From Octopus sinensis (Eukaryota): a stretch of 64,000 nucleotides of DNA. The position numbers and the translations under genes are program-made. Each line of letters starts with the position of its first letter. Position 1 is the stretch's first letter. The stretch is taken from assembly GCF_006345805.1 (NCBI RefSeq), contig NC_043002.1, forward strand, positions 71,982,001 through 72,046,000, read 5' to 3'. Positions 24,548-38,326 of this stretch are shown here, piece by piece. Under the pieces are notes generated by a model. The model did no database searches. It was not told the DNA's origin and worked only from the letters and a program-made list of their open reading frames with translations.

Positions 24548-24640
24548 GTATGGCGAATTAATGCCGTACTTGCAGCTCTTGTACCCTCACTGTGAATCCT
24601 CATTTGTACCTATCATCATAGGTGCATTAGGTTATGTACC
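24548..24640 (+). mobile_element. Second fragment of the same RLE-LINE family, opposite orientation
   Basis: Reads YGELMPYLQLLYPHCESSFVPIIIGALGYVPT, homologous to the minus-strand YTDY*FWFILVAIEALEYVT just left of the (TA)n. Confidence 0.5.
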
Positions 24641-24823
24641 AACAAGTTTACACAAAAAAGCTAGAAATACTCGGTTACAGGGAAAAGGAGCAAAATAAAC
24701 TAACGCAGATCACCAAATCCAATCTATTAGTAGCTCAGTGAAGATCTGTAAGACATTCCAAAATTTCACCATCTGTGATTCTTATGTCAAGACAGGCAGG
24801 CAGAGAGTCATTCAGACAGGCAG

Positions 24824-24976
<153 letters not shown>

Positions 24977-25064
24977 GGATAATTGAAATTTATGGAAAAA
25001 AGACGAAGACAGTTGTATGAACAACAAGCAGATGTCCTACTTTGACGCTCGGAAATATGAAATA

Positions 25065-25320
25065 TGAGTACTGGGGTCGATGTAATCGACTACCCTCCCC
25101 ACAAAATCCAAGCCTTGTGCCTTTAGTAGCACACTCGACGAAATTCTTAGCAGTATTTCGCCCGTCGCTACGTTCTGAGTCCAAATTCTGCCGAGGTCGA
25201 CTTTGCCTTTCATCCTTTCGGGGTCGATAAATTAAGTACCAGCTGCGTACTGGAGCTGATCTAATCGACTGATCCCCCTCACCCAAAATTTCAAGCATTG
25301 TGCCTCTAGTAGGAAGGGTT
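25065..25320 (+). mobile_element. SINE family B
   Basis: Central domain GAGGTCGACTTTGCCTTTCATCCTTTCGGGGTCGATAAATTAAGTACC. Confidence 0.75.
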
Positions 25321-26244
25321 AAGACACTGCATATAATGCAGCTTCGTGTTTTTCCTAAAAACAATATAGAGCGCCATCTGTAGGAAAGACTATTCTGGGA
25401 TAAATATAGAAAATATTTCAGTTGTTATATTTATGCGTTTCAACACAAAGAATACGAGAGAAGCGCTGCCATCGAATCTTCTGCCAAATACAAAGATAAC
25501 TGGCTTGATTTCTACAGGTGTATAGATGTGGTTATCTCTTTAAAATTTAATAGCAAAGAAATTATTGACAACTGCTTCGAAAGAGACAGTTTCTCTACTC
25601 AGATTATAAATTCCTATCTGTGCCTACAGCTATTGGTACGTTTGACTATATTTTAAACAACTAAGCAGTAATCTCAAAATGCTGGGGGTTTCAGTCAAAC
25701 TAAGAGACTGACATGTATTTTTCAAATGTATCTTTCAACTACATATGTAAGCGAAACAATAAAAATTATGCAATGTAACTCTTCACTGTTGTTATCATTA
25801 AAATACCGGCGATTTCTTTCTTGATTCAGAAACGTGTTCCTTATTTGAAAGAGAAATTCAAGTAATTAAAAGAAGGAGAAGGGACATAACAAACATATGT
25901 AAAGATTGAGAGAGACAGACAGAGACAGAGATAGAATGGGTATAATGTGATTGAGAGACATGAAAAGGCCAGGTAATTCTAAATAGATAAGACTATTTCT
26001 TCGGGCTAATGTATAAGGAAAATATTTATATTTCAAATTCATTCCGTTGATTAAAGAAAAGAAAAAAACAAACCAATTTCAACCGAAACATTTCGTGTAC
26101 TTACTATCATGGATGTATTTTTCGTCACACTGGAACATAGCACTGATATATGCTTTTTTTTTATAATGTGTATGTATGAGAGGGTAGTTCTTTTTGGTGC
26201 TGCTGCTTATTTAATCCAATCAGCGATGATTGGGCAGACGTTTT

Positions 26245-26632
26245 TTCTTTCATCTACTTTCAGCTCACGAGCTGTGACCATGCTGGGGCACCGCCATTTG
26301 GTGTTGCTACATAATTTTACTTCACAAATGCTTTTTAGCAATTGACATTTGGTGCATGAGAGAGTTTGATGCAGCTGCCCTCATCTGCACACCTGCCGCG
26401 AAGCTGGTTCATCTGGGACACCTGACAGGAAGAGGTCCAGCTTTATTTTGAAAACACCTACATCCACCCCGTCATATCTCTCAGGTCCTTCGGGAGGATA
26501 TTGAAGAGCTGCGGACCTCTAAAGCCCAGGCTATTGCAGTATCTTGTCCTACATCTTCATGGCAAATTTGGAGTCCTTGGCACAATGCAGTGGCGCCCAG
26601 TTCTAGTATTTGTATGACTTTTTAACCGGGGC
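26245..26632 (-). mobile_element. 5'-truncated CR1/L2-like LINE 3' end
   Basis: Minus strand ..RTRYCNSLGFRGPQLFNILPKDLRDMTGVDVGVFKIKLDLFLSGVPDEP.., then UTR and tail GGCGGTGCCCCAGCATGGTCACAGCTCGTGAGCTGAAA. Confidence 0.8.
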
Positions 26633-27089
26633 CATGAATTCGCTTTAAAAGTATATCTAGGACTATAATATCCAATTTATCCTCAGGGATTTTTTTCTAA
26701 GACAATCAAAAGGTGTACTTTAGGGATATTTGGCTATTCTTTCTCATAGATCAAGCGAACACCAAATAGAGACACTCCTCGGATCATGTATAAGTGGATG
26801 ATGTAATAGAAGTTTGTCCGTGAGATGCGTGTTTACACTTTTGAGTGTATAGGTGAAGGAGTGTTCACCAAAGATATCAGATCTTCACATAGAACTATAC
26901 TTGAATAAACATCGTAGCTCTTGTAGTATCATTTACAGAATCTAAGCTAAAACAATCCACACTATTATCAAATTTCTTTTAAAAAAAACAGTTATATCCA
27001 CAAAGCATCATTGCCGAGATATTGAGATATGAAAAAACACCACTATACTAACAACAACAACAACAGTCAGCTGCTGGTTGCTTTCTCTT

Positions 27090-27133
<44 letters not shown>

Positions 27134-27692
27134 ATTATCAAAACAACTTGTGATCCCTATTCTTATCACAATCAAAACTGGTTGAACACAAATACAATCA
27201 AACACCAATAACAGACTTATATAGTGGTGGCACTTGAAAATAACACATCTACAACCACCATGATCAATTCATCGATTTTGCATACTATCGGAGTTCGTGT
27301 GGCTGATGCATCATGGCAATAGATTTATCCTGTTGACAGCTTAAAGGGAACTCGAATTTCATTTCTTTACATGATTTCGTAACATTTACAAATAAACCTT
27401 ACAAACTAATCGAGTGTATTATTGAAACCGAAACTTTGCTCCTTCATAAGTAAAATGTTTCTTCTTCTTCTTCATTTTCTTCTTCTCTTCTTCTTCTTCT
27501 TCTTCTTCTTCTTCTTCTTCTTCTTCTCTCTTTCTCTGTCTTTCTTTCTGTCTCTCTCTTCATCTAGCTATCTCTTTTCTCTTTCTCTATCTATCTATCT
27601 ACCTTTCTCTTTTATTCTCCCTTTTTATCTCCTTCTATCCTTCCCTCCCTTTCGCTCTTTATCTTTCTTTCACTCTCTCTCTCTCTCACTCT

Positions 27693-27730
<38 letters not shown>

Positions 27731-28356
27731 AACTCTCTCTCTCACAACGAACAATCCTCAAATGTCGTTTGAAGCTACTTTTGTAAACAATTTCATGATA
27801 CTTAAATTGTAAAGACTTGCTTTCATGTTAGTACTTCTATGTGGTTGATGTAAACTTCTTATAAGCTATATTAAATTCTATTTCTCAATCAAAATTATAT
27901 GTGTGATAGAAACTTGTTTAAATTTAGGATTGTTAAACGGAACTAGTTTCTTAATTTTCTTTATTTACTTACATACATTGATAAATGTTAGCACATAACA
28001 AAAGTGGTGCTCGATTGAAAAGTGTTTCAAATTCATTGCTGTCATCTTTCTTTTATATAACCAAAATGATCTTGTGTTACAACATACAAACAAATACATT
28101 GCCTGAACTAATATAATCTTGAATCATATGTATCCAGATTGAATTTTAGAGATTCTCATAAATTTTTATTAGTAATAGTAGCATCACGAGATCCTTATAC
28201 AGACATGTACAAAGATATAGATGATGAGGGTAGGTGAAAATATATAAGCTTCTGAGAAGGTAGAAAAGTGAGTCATTTCCATTGCAGCATTGATATCGAG
28301 CTTTAGTTTATCCACACTGTCGAATTTCAGTTACATTTCAATATTCTTCAGGTGTA

Positions 28357-28772
28357 AGGCAGCGAACTGGCAGAAACGTCAGCAAGCTGGGCGAAATGCT
28401 TAGCAGTATTTCGTCTGCCGCTACGTTCTGAGTTCAAATTCCGCCGAGGTCGACTTTGCCTTTCATCCTTTTGGGGTCGATAAATTAAGTACCAGTTACG
28501 CACTGGGGTCGATGTAATCGACTTAATCCGTTTGTATGTCCTTGTTTGTCCCCTCTGTGCTTACCCCCTTGTGGGTAGTAAAGAAATAGTTATTTCATCT
28601 GCCGCTACGTTCTGAGTTCAAATTCCGCTGTGGTCGACTTTGCCTTTCATCCTTTCGGGGGCGATTAAATGAGTACCAGTTACGCACTTGGGTAGACCTA
28701 ATCAATTCACCCTTTCCCTCAAATTTTCGGGCCTTGTAACAAGAGTAGAAAAGAAAAACGAAAAGAAAACTG
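28357..28772 (+). mobile_element. SINE family B dimer with 17-bp target-site duplication
   Basis: AATATTCTTCAGGTGTA (28340-56) / AATACTCTTCAGGTGTA (28773-89). Confidence 0.85.
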
Positions 28773-29286
28773 AATACTCTTCAGGTGTAGAAAATCCAGA
28801 TTTCACAAAGTTAAAACTGTCTTGTTGGTTTAGTGAGAAGTAAAATATAATTCAAAAAGAAATCACCAAATACATTCTGCTTTCAACTCCAGTTCACGCA
28901 AATTTTCGTAATATTTACTGTTTTAGACATTGGGGTGGCACTTCTTCAGATCTTCAGGCCTGTTTTTATTTTGTGCATCCGCCAGGCGTTATGTTTTACT
29001 TATATCGGGAGGAAACAAAAATGAATAAGTTGAATGAAGAAGGGTGATGCAGGTTTGGGGATGTTGCACTCTAATTTTTAAGACGCAAATATTACATTTT
29101 CACAAAGGACTTTTGCATGAACTGGCGTTGAAAACAGGGTTGGTACAGAAGCCATTGTAATTGGATATTAAAAATGTGTTAAAATCTTTCTTTCTTTGTC
29201 TTTTTCTTTAGATTACATACATGCATATGTATATATATATGTGTGTGTGCGTGTATGTGCGTATGCGTGTATGCATGTGTGTATGC

Positions 29287-29342
<56 letters not shown>

Positions 29343-29559
29343 TACATATTTAGCTACTGTTAACGAGTAACTGGAGTGACAAAAGTCGCGATATCGGACG
29401 TGTTTCCATTAATTTGGCAACGAAAGATTTCCATTCAACTATAATGAATTAAAATCTAAAGTAAACAATGAATCGCTACCCAAAGATAAATGTAGGTTTC
29501 ATGATACTGGTGCCTTGCATACTAATGTGAAGTAATATATTTTACGAGTAACAAGTATG

Positions 29560-30530
29560 AATCAAAAGAAGGCTTTTAACTGTTGATTCAATGAGTGAAG
29601 TATTCTTTTTATGAAAAAAATTAAGTGTCATAATGAATGGTTTATAAATATTCTCCTAGAACCAGCGCTAAAGGGGAGGCAAAGTTAGTAGAACTTAAAG
29701 CCATCAAAGGATGATTGGCTGACCATAGATGTGTAAGGTATGGCAAACTGACAACTCAAAGTTATTGCAAACAATGTACAGTACAGTTCAAACTTAGCAA
29801 GCTGTGAAGAAGGTTAATTTCTATTTTTCAGCCGATTTTTAACTGCAATGTGGCTGTAACGGGTGAAGGCTAAGAGGTCCTACACAGGAGGAGACCGGGT
29901 TACCAAGACATAATTCGATGAAGGATGTGCTACCCTTCCTTTTCTGTGCCACATCTTTGGAGGATTTGTACATAAATCCTCCTTGTAGACCATTACAAAA
30001 CTCTAAAGCATTCAGGAACCTTGACCAGAACAGGAATGATGTTCAGCGAGTTTTCACTTTTAAGGTCCTGGCCTGCCAGAAACGTATTAATATGTGATTC
30101 ACTAATGTATTTTCCCACACTGTACTTGTCCACCTCATGAAGACTATTCCAGTGAAGACTCTTATTATAAGCGATGCTCTAGCACACTCTCCTCAAACCA
30201 TGGATCAATTCCCAAGCTAGTCTGATTTTATCTAAGTCCCTTTCCTTCCAACCAGTATCATTCCTCTGCTAAGGTCCGTGGATCAACAAATGATAGCCAT
30301 TTTTTTAATGTGTACTCACCAGGTGAGTGCACATTTCATTAAGGGAGGTTCGAAGTAATCACACAACCTTTGCAGATATTTTGAACGTTTAATAGTGAAA
30401 CCATGTAAAGTGTTCTCTTCTAATTATTTAAAGTCTTTTTGGAGAATAATTTGACAAGTTGACTCTTCAATGGAAGCTCAGATGCTCGAAGCAAAGCCTA
30501 TAATTGAAAAGAAAGTATTTTAGGAGCAAT
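29560..30530 (+). pseudogene. Heavily decayed pogo/Tigger-like DDE transposase
   Basis: Across stops and frameshifts: ELKAIKG*L, VRYGK, QPIFNC, TQEETGLPRHNSMKDVLPFLFCAT, KTLIISDALAHSP, VPFLPTSIIPLLRSVDQQMIAIF. These occur in the order expected for Tigger motifs. Confidence 0.65.
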
Positions 30531-31043
30531 GCTCTGGTCTTGGAACATTTAATAATATCAGGGTAATAAAAATTTTAGAAATGTTACTACCAGTGGTTTA
30601 GTGTAAAAAAATTAGTCAATAGATTATATATTATTCATATAAAATACAGCGTACATTAAAACACATTAAGAGGCTTCCATCATAGGAATCCTTTACGCTA
30701 GAAAGAACAGTTAAAATCCAAATCACTAATTAGGGATAAATTCTCAAAGGGAATGAAAAATAAAAACATTTACCATCTAATTCCTGGACCATGGTTTCTG
30801 ACTAATTTTAGTAAATAAAAGTTATTATTTACCAAGTAAAGTCTTTATCAACTGGGACGTCATAGATTAAATATACAGACAACGAGGCCAATCCAGCATG
30901 TGCCTCATTGTTTGAACATTTTGATTTGTTTCAAATCCACTGGGCAATCGCAGGCTTTTTTGTGGGCAGCAGGAAAATGCCGGCAAAATCTTCGAAAGAA
31001 TCTACCAATTAATAATATCAGGGTAATAAACATACAATATATA

Positions 31044-31074
<31 letters not shown>

Positions 31075-31127
31075 CAGTATATATAGTATATATGTATATA
31101 TACTATATGTATATATAGTTTATATAC

Positions 31128-31185
<58 letters not shown>

Positions 31186-31190
31186 ATATA

Positions 31191-31915
31191 CTCTTTTACT
31201 CTTTTACTTGTTTCAGTCATTTGACTGCAGCCATGCTGGAGCACCGCCTTTAGTCGAGGAAATCGACCCCGGGACTTATTCTTTGTAAACCCAGTACTTA
31301 TTCTATCGGTCTCTTTTGCCGAACATAAACCAAAACATAAAAATGTTTTGGCTCATGTTTTTCACTGTTTTCACTGTGGTTTTTATCTCTAATTTAATTT
31401 ATATTTATACTGTGAAATTAGATTAATCCTAAATCTAATTTTCCCTGTAAGTTTGGATCTATTCCCTATTATTATTATTATTAATATTATTATTATTATA
31501 TTATTATTATTATATTATTATTATTATATTATTATTATTATTAATATTATTATTATTATATTATTATTATTATACATACATATATATATATATTATATAT
31601 AAGTATATATAATATATATATATATACTCTTTTACTCTTTTACTTGTTTCAGTCATTTGACTGCAGCCATGCTGGAGCACCGCCTTTAGTCGAGGAAATC
31701 GACCCCGGGACTTATTCTTTGTAAACCCAGTACTTATTCTATCGGTCTCTTTTGCCGAACATAAACCAAAACATAAAAATGTTTTGGCTCATGTTTTTCA
31801 CTGTTTTCACTGTGGTTTTTATCTCTAATTTAATTTATATTTATACTGTGAAATTAGATTTAATCCTAATCTAATTTTCCCTGTAAGTTTGGATCTATTC
31901 CCTATTATTATTATT
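31191..31915. repeat. ~436-bp tandem duplication (SINE A tail plus TA-associated repeat end)
   Basis: CTCTTTTACTCTTTTACTTGTTTCAG starts at 31191 and 31627; copies differ only by small indels. Confidence 0.9.
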
Positions 31916-32127
31916 ATACATACATATATATATATATTATATATATATATATTATATATATATATATTATATATATATATATTATATATATATATATGTA
32001 TATATACTATATATATATATATACAGTATATATATATATATATATAGTATATATAGACAGCATATATAGTATATATATATATATATATACAGTATATATA
32101 TATATATAGTATATATATATATGTATA

Positions 32128-32167
<40 letters not shown>

Positions 32168-32197
32168 ATATATGTACTATATATATGTATATACAGG

Positions 32198-32229
<32 letters not shown>

Positions 32230-32774
32230 TATATATATCACAAAAGCATATGTATTGTTAATCATTTATTAAACAAAGCTATGTGAACGGCGTAAACCCT
32301 TCCCTGAATATGCTGGCCTTTGCCAAAACTTGAAACCAGTGAAGAACTGACTTAACTTCATTTTTAGCGTCAAAAGCCATTATATAATGTTGCTCTAAAA
32401 CAATAAGACTTGAATTGCTAGGAAAACGTATCCGGCTTCCGTGTCATTTGCAATTTCGCAGGGTACGTAACAATAATATTTAAATGCCTGGCTTAAGTTC
32501 ATATTTAATGCCGTTCACTCGACTGAATTTTCATTCTGAGGTATACATCTACAAATTTCAGACACTACCCATCTATTATAACAGCTCACGTCGTCAAAAG
32601 AAGACCTGACATTTGGGTAATGCTTTAAATTGTTACCATAACCTTCACAACTTAACTAAGCATTTGAAAAAGAAGTTTTATGTTCAAATGTTCACCTATA
32701 TTTGCAGTATGCTGCAGTAGGAGACTGAGCCCTGCTATTCTGCAACCTGGGTTAAAACTGGCGTTGGATAGATG

Positions 32775-32873
<99 letters not shown>

Positions 32874-33057
32874 CAACTCAAGAAATTTTGCTATAAATAT
32901 CAATGCCCATTAAATTTTCAAAGGAGAGAAACTAAGTTGCAATAAAATTAAATGAAAAATAGAAGGAATCCATATAGCCCTCAATCTATTTTTATCTAGT
33001 TATCCAGTTATTTATAACCATTTTGTTCAGCAGTTCATTTGTTTTTTCATGTGAGTC

Positions 33058-33089
<32 letters not shown>

Positions 33090-33351
33090 ACAGATCAGCT
33101 ATAACTAACTGTATACCTTCATATTTTTTTATATTCTATTAGCAAACCATATTTTAAACTGCAAAACTCTTCAACCACGGAATTATGCCAGTCAGACTTA
33201 CATATTCCTTAAAAAAAAAACTACGAATGAAAAAGAATTATTTCCAATAACGTAAAATTTATTTATAAAAAAAATCAAATTCTAGATTTCCACAGTTCTT
33301 TTTTACTTCTGCTTAAAAAAATTTTCAACAAAAAGCATTTAAATGTACAAG

Positions 33352-33383
<32 letters not shown>

Positions 33384-33441
33384 CATACATACATACATAC
33401 ATACATACACACATACACACATACATACATACACACATACA

Positions 33442-33477
<36 letters not shown>

Positions 33478-34568
33478 TATATATTATATATATATATACG
33501 TGCATACACATGCAGACACAATTTTGCAAATCCCACGAAGCCATCACCACCACCACCACCACTACCATCTCATGGACAGGAATGACGACTGAATCATAGA
33601 GTCTACACAACATTATAATCATCGATGTTCAAATTGATACTTTGGCGGTAAAGTGTATAGGAATTTGATTTTTTTATGTGCTCCTATTTTTACTTTAAGA
33701 GTCTTCGTGGTAGTCGAGAATATTGATTTGTTGCATAATAAATATAATTTATGGCTTTAAAATATTAATAAACGCTACATTGCTTTTCTTTCTCTTTATT
33801 CTATAGCTCTTTGCATTCCATCATTTTCATATTTTTTTGGCGCTTTTTTTTATTTCATTTCTATTAAGTATTTATTTATTCTTTTATATTTGCTTTCTAA
33901 TTTCTTTCTCTGTTGTAAGATATTTTTGTTCTTGCTTAAAGATGGTACTTTTTTTTTATCTTTATGTACGACTGCCGGTTATTTCAATATATTCTCTTCG
34001 TATATTTTGTCGTTTTATTTTCTATTCAGCAGGGAAGGTCTTGAGGTGTTTCCAGTTTTTATTTAAACTCTTCTTTTTTTTTTATTGTGCATTTTACTGG
34101 TCTTTTTCGTACCAATTCTTTCACTACATCTTCTAAAATCTCCGGTACTTAATTTTATATTTTTTCATTTTCTCTCCTCTATAAATTTATCGTTATAAAT
34201 TTATCGTTTAGTCAGAGAAAGTAGGCCAGCGGCCATAACAATTTTTACAGAATCTTTGAGATTAGTGAGAGGAAAGGAGGAAGTTATTTTCAAGACCAGA
34301 GACCAAACCAAAGTATTAGTAACACGCATACACACAGACGCTTATGTGTGTGCGTATATGTACGTGTATGCTATTATATATTATATTATAGTACATATGT
34401 ACATACACACGTGAGAATATATTTATATATATATATATATATATAACGTTTTGAATATGCAAATAAAGCTCCTATTTCTTTATGCCGGCCACAGTCTAAT
34501 GATGCCGACTGGTGAACCAACTTTTGGAGGTTGCATCAAGTTGTACTGGTATAATGTAGGATAAATAG

Positions 34569-35552
<984 letters not shown>

Positions 35553-35758
35553 TAGATAGATAGATGTTACAGGGGATGACACGTTCAAGGAAACTGTGTC
35601 TAGCCACTTGGAATAAAGAACTGAAAAATAAATCTGATAGTGATAAGCATTAAATCCATAACCATTGCGTCGACAAAATATACTTTCTATTTCGCCTTTT
35701 CCAATATTTTGTAGAACTAATGAATAGGCGCGGAAGCGGCTGAGTGGTAAGTAGCTAG

Positions 35759-35787
<29 letters not shown>

Positions 35788-35792
<5 letters not shown>

Positions 35793-36771
35793 GAAAATAA
35801 TAAAGAGTGAAAAAACGACAGAAGGCTTAAATGTTAAAGAATATATATATTTAAGTCAATATGTCTGGAGAATATTGGAAATTTTTTTTTCCCTTCTTAT
35901 AATGACATAATTTTATAATTTTTAAAGAAAGACCGGTTTCGCATTTAGCTCTTCAAATTTCTTGCGACGTAATGTTTATCTTAATAGCGTTATCCTTGTT
36001 TTTTTGCTACGGAGAGTTCTAAATAAGGGAAGGTAGTGCGTGATTTCTTCCGGTGTAAGGGAGATAATCGCTTAAAAAAATTTTTTTTCCTTTTTCTCTT
36101 AGTGTGAATTTCTCTGTATTATTATGTTTGGATAGTTGAGTCTGGGTTTGTACTTTTCAATGAAGAATGTTTCCTTGTTTAGTCTAATTTGTGTTGATGA
36201 TCCGAAAGCACATTGGTAAAATGGAAAGATTAAAAATTGTGGTTGTAGTTGCTTTGCGCATTTCTCAATGTGCTCACTAAAAGGTATCATTCTATATTCT
36301 GGGAATGCAATCTGTTGTCGATGCAGTGTGCATCTACGTCTGAGTGATAGCCCCGTGGACCCCACGTAGTCTTGGTGGCAGCCTGAGCATTTTATGACAT
36401 AAATTATGTTTTCAGAGGCACAAGTAAAGTTAGATTTGATCTTGAATTTCTGTCCCTCTTTAAAGAAGAATTCTGATCCTTCTAGTAGGTTAGGACATGT
36501 TACACAGTTCGATCTACCACATTTTTTTTACTTTTGCATCCGTAATTTCAGAAGATAATTTTGCCTTTGTGAGAATCTTTTTAAGTGATTTAGGCTGTTT
36601 GTAGCTTTTAATGATTTGGTATATGTTTAGAATTTCCTTAATTATAAAATTATGTCATTATAAGAAGGGAAAAAGTTTTTCCAATATTCTCCAGACATAT
36701 TGACGCAAATATATATATTCTTTAACATTTAAGCCTTCTGTCGTTTTTTCACTCTTTACTATTTTCTTATA
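35788..36771 (-). mobile_element. 5'-truncated Penelope-like (Neptune-type) element with GIY-YIG endonuclease and inverted termini
   Basis: 36524-36099 open: KCGRSNCVTCPNLL..FTCASENIIYVIKCSGCHQDYVGSTGLSLRRRCTLHRQQI..RLNKETFFIEKYKPRLN. Upstream SYKQPKSLKKIL after a frameshift. 35788-35930 is inverted at 36633-36771. Confidence 0.9.
35925..35963 (-). ncRNA. Minimal type I hammerhead-like motif (C3U)
   Basis: RC: AAGAAA-U-UUGAAGA-GC-UAAAU-GC-GAAA-C-CG-G-UC-UUUCUU. 6-bp helix I, palindromic ACCGGU, GUC triplet. Confidence 0.55.
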
Positions 36772-36816
36772 TATTCACCCACGTGATTTTACAAAACAAA
36801 CTTTCTTATATATATA

Positions 36817-36851
<35 letters not shown>

Positions 36852-36854
<3 letters not shown>

Positions 36855-37030
36855 AGAATTCACAAAAAAGCAAACGTCGAAGACAGGTGGTGTAGACAAC
36901 AAACATGTATTAGTACAACGCACTGGAAGTGAAAACGTCTTTAACGTTTCGAGCCTACGCTCTTCCACAGAAAGGAACACAGAAAGAAACAAGGAGAGAA
37001 AATAAAGAATGCGAACTGGCTAGCGATCTA
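36852..37030 (-). mobile_element. 3'-terminal fragment of a Penelope-like element
   Basis: Homologous to the terminus 48536-48760 of the RT-bearing PLE. Abuts (TA)n. Confidence 0.7.
36939..36974 (-). ncRNA. Minimal hammerhead-like motif with A6U core
   Basis: RC: CUUU-CUGUGGA-A-GAGC-GUAG-GCUC-GAAA-CGUU-AAAG. Confidence 0.5.
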
Positions 37031-37492
37031 TCATGGCGTATGTATGTATGTATGTATGTATGTATGTTGTATGTATGTATGTATGTATGTGTGTATGTAT
37101 GTATGCATGTATTAAGATGGAGCTCGGTACGTATTAAAGCTACATAAGTATGCATTCTTTTAGCGATCCCACTGATGAACTACAGATGATAAATTAATTC
37201 ATTTGCTCATTAAAAAGCGAATCAAAATTAACGGATTAACTTATAATTTTTGTTTCTACTCATTGCAGTACCATTAGTAGCGTGCCTTTATAATTATTCT
37301 TTGCGTAATTTGAGTTTAACTGCCCTTTTTAGCATGTAAGAAGTCATGTCAAGAGTCTTTTCGCTGAGTCTAAATCTTTATCCTCTCTTATATATAAGTC
37401 GTAGGACTTTATTACGCATGGGAACCAATGGTAATAAACTATTATAATTTTTTATCCCCATAGTTTACACAGTGCATATATATATGTGTGTG

Positions 37493-37530
<38 letters not shown>

Positions 37531-37561
37531 TGCGCGCGCGCACACTCATATGTATATATTC

Positions 37562-37898
37562 TTTTATTTTTTACCTGTTTCTTTCATTTGACTGCGGCCA
37601 TGCAGGAGCACCGCCTTAAAGGGTTTTAGTCGAAGAATTTGACTCCAAGACTTCTTTGTAAGCCTAGTACATATTCTATCGGTCGTTTTTGCCGAACCGC
37701 TAAGTAACGGGGACATAAATACACCAGAATTGTTTGTCAAGCGATGGCGAGGAGGACAAACACAGACACACACATATATACGACGGGTTCTTTCAGTTTC
37801 TGTGTACAAATCCACCCTATTGCCAAAGATACCACGCAGTGGGGCTGAACCCAGAACCATGCTGCTGGGAAGAAAACTTCTTACGACACAGCCACGCC
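37562..37898 (-). mobile_element. SINE family A
   Basis: Tail at left, head at right; head-to-head with the next copy. Confidence 0.8.
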
Positions 37899-38290
37899 GG
37901 TGTGGTAAGTAGCTTGCTTACCAACCTCATGGTTCCGAGTTCAGTCCCACGGCGTGGCACGTTGGACAAGTGCCTTTAACTATAGCTTCGGGCCGACCAA
38001 TGCCTTGAGAGTGGATTTGGTAGGTGGAAACTAAAAGAAGCCCGTCGTATATATGTATGCATATATATGTATGTATATGCATATGTTTGTGTGCCTGTGT
38101 TTGTCACTCCAGCATCGCTTGACAACCGATGCTGGTGTGATTACGTTCCTGTAACTTAGCGATTCGGCAAAAGTGACCGACAGAATAAGTACTAGGCTTA
38201 CAAAGAATAAGTCCTGGGGACGATTTGCTCGACTAAAGGCGTCGCTCCAGCATGGCCGCAATCAACTGACTGAAATAAGTAAAAGAATAA
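37899..38290 (+). mobile_element. SINE family A
   Basis: GGTGTGGTAAGTAGCTTGC head through to GACTGAAATAAGTAAAAG tail. Confidence 0.85.
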
Positions 38291-38292
38291 AA

Positions 38293-38326
<34 letters not shown>

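Noticed and set aside
32422-32616. Two small plus-strand exon candidates with compatible phases
   Set aside because: Poor pyrimidine tracts, more than one frame fits, and no recognisable product. Likely chance.
33660-34140. Possible decayed GIY-YIG ORF on the minus strand
   Set aside because: Only a vague Lys-rich resemblance with many stops; no motif I can defend.
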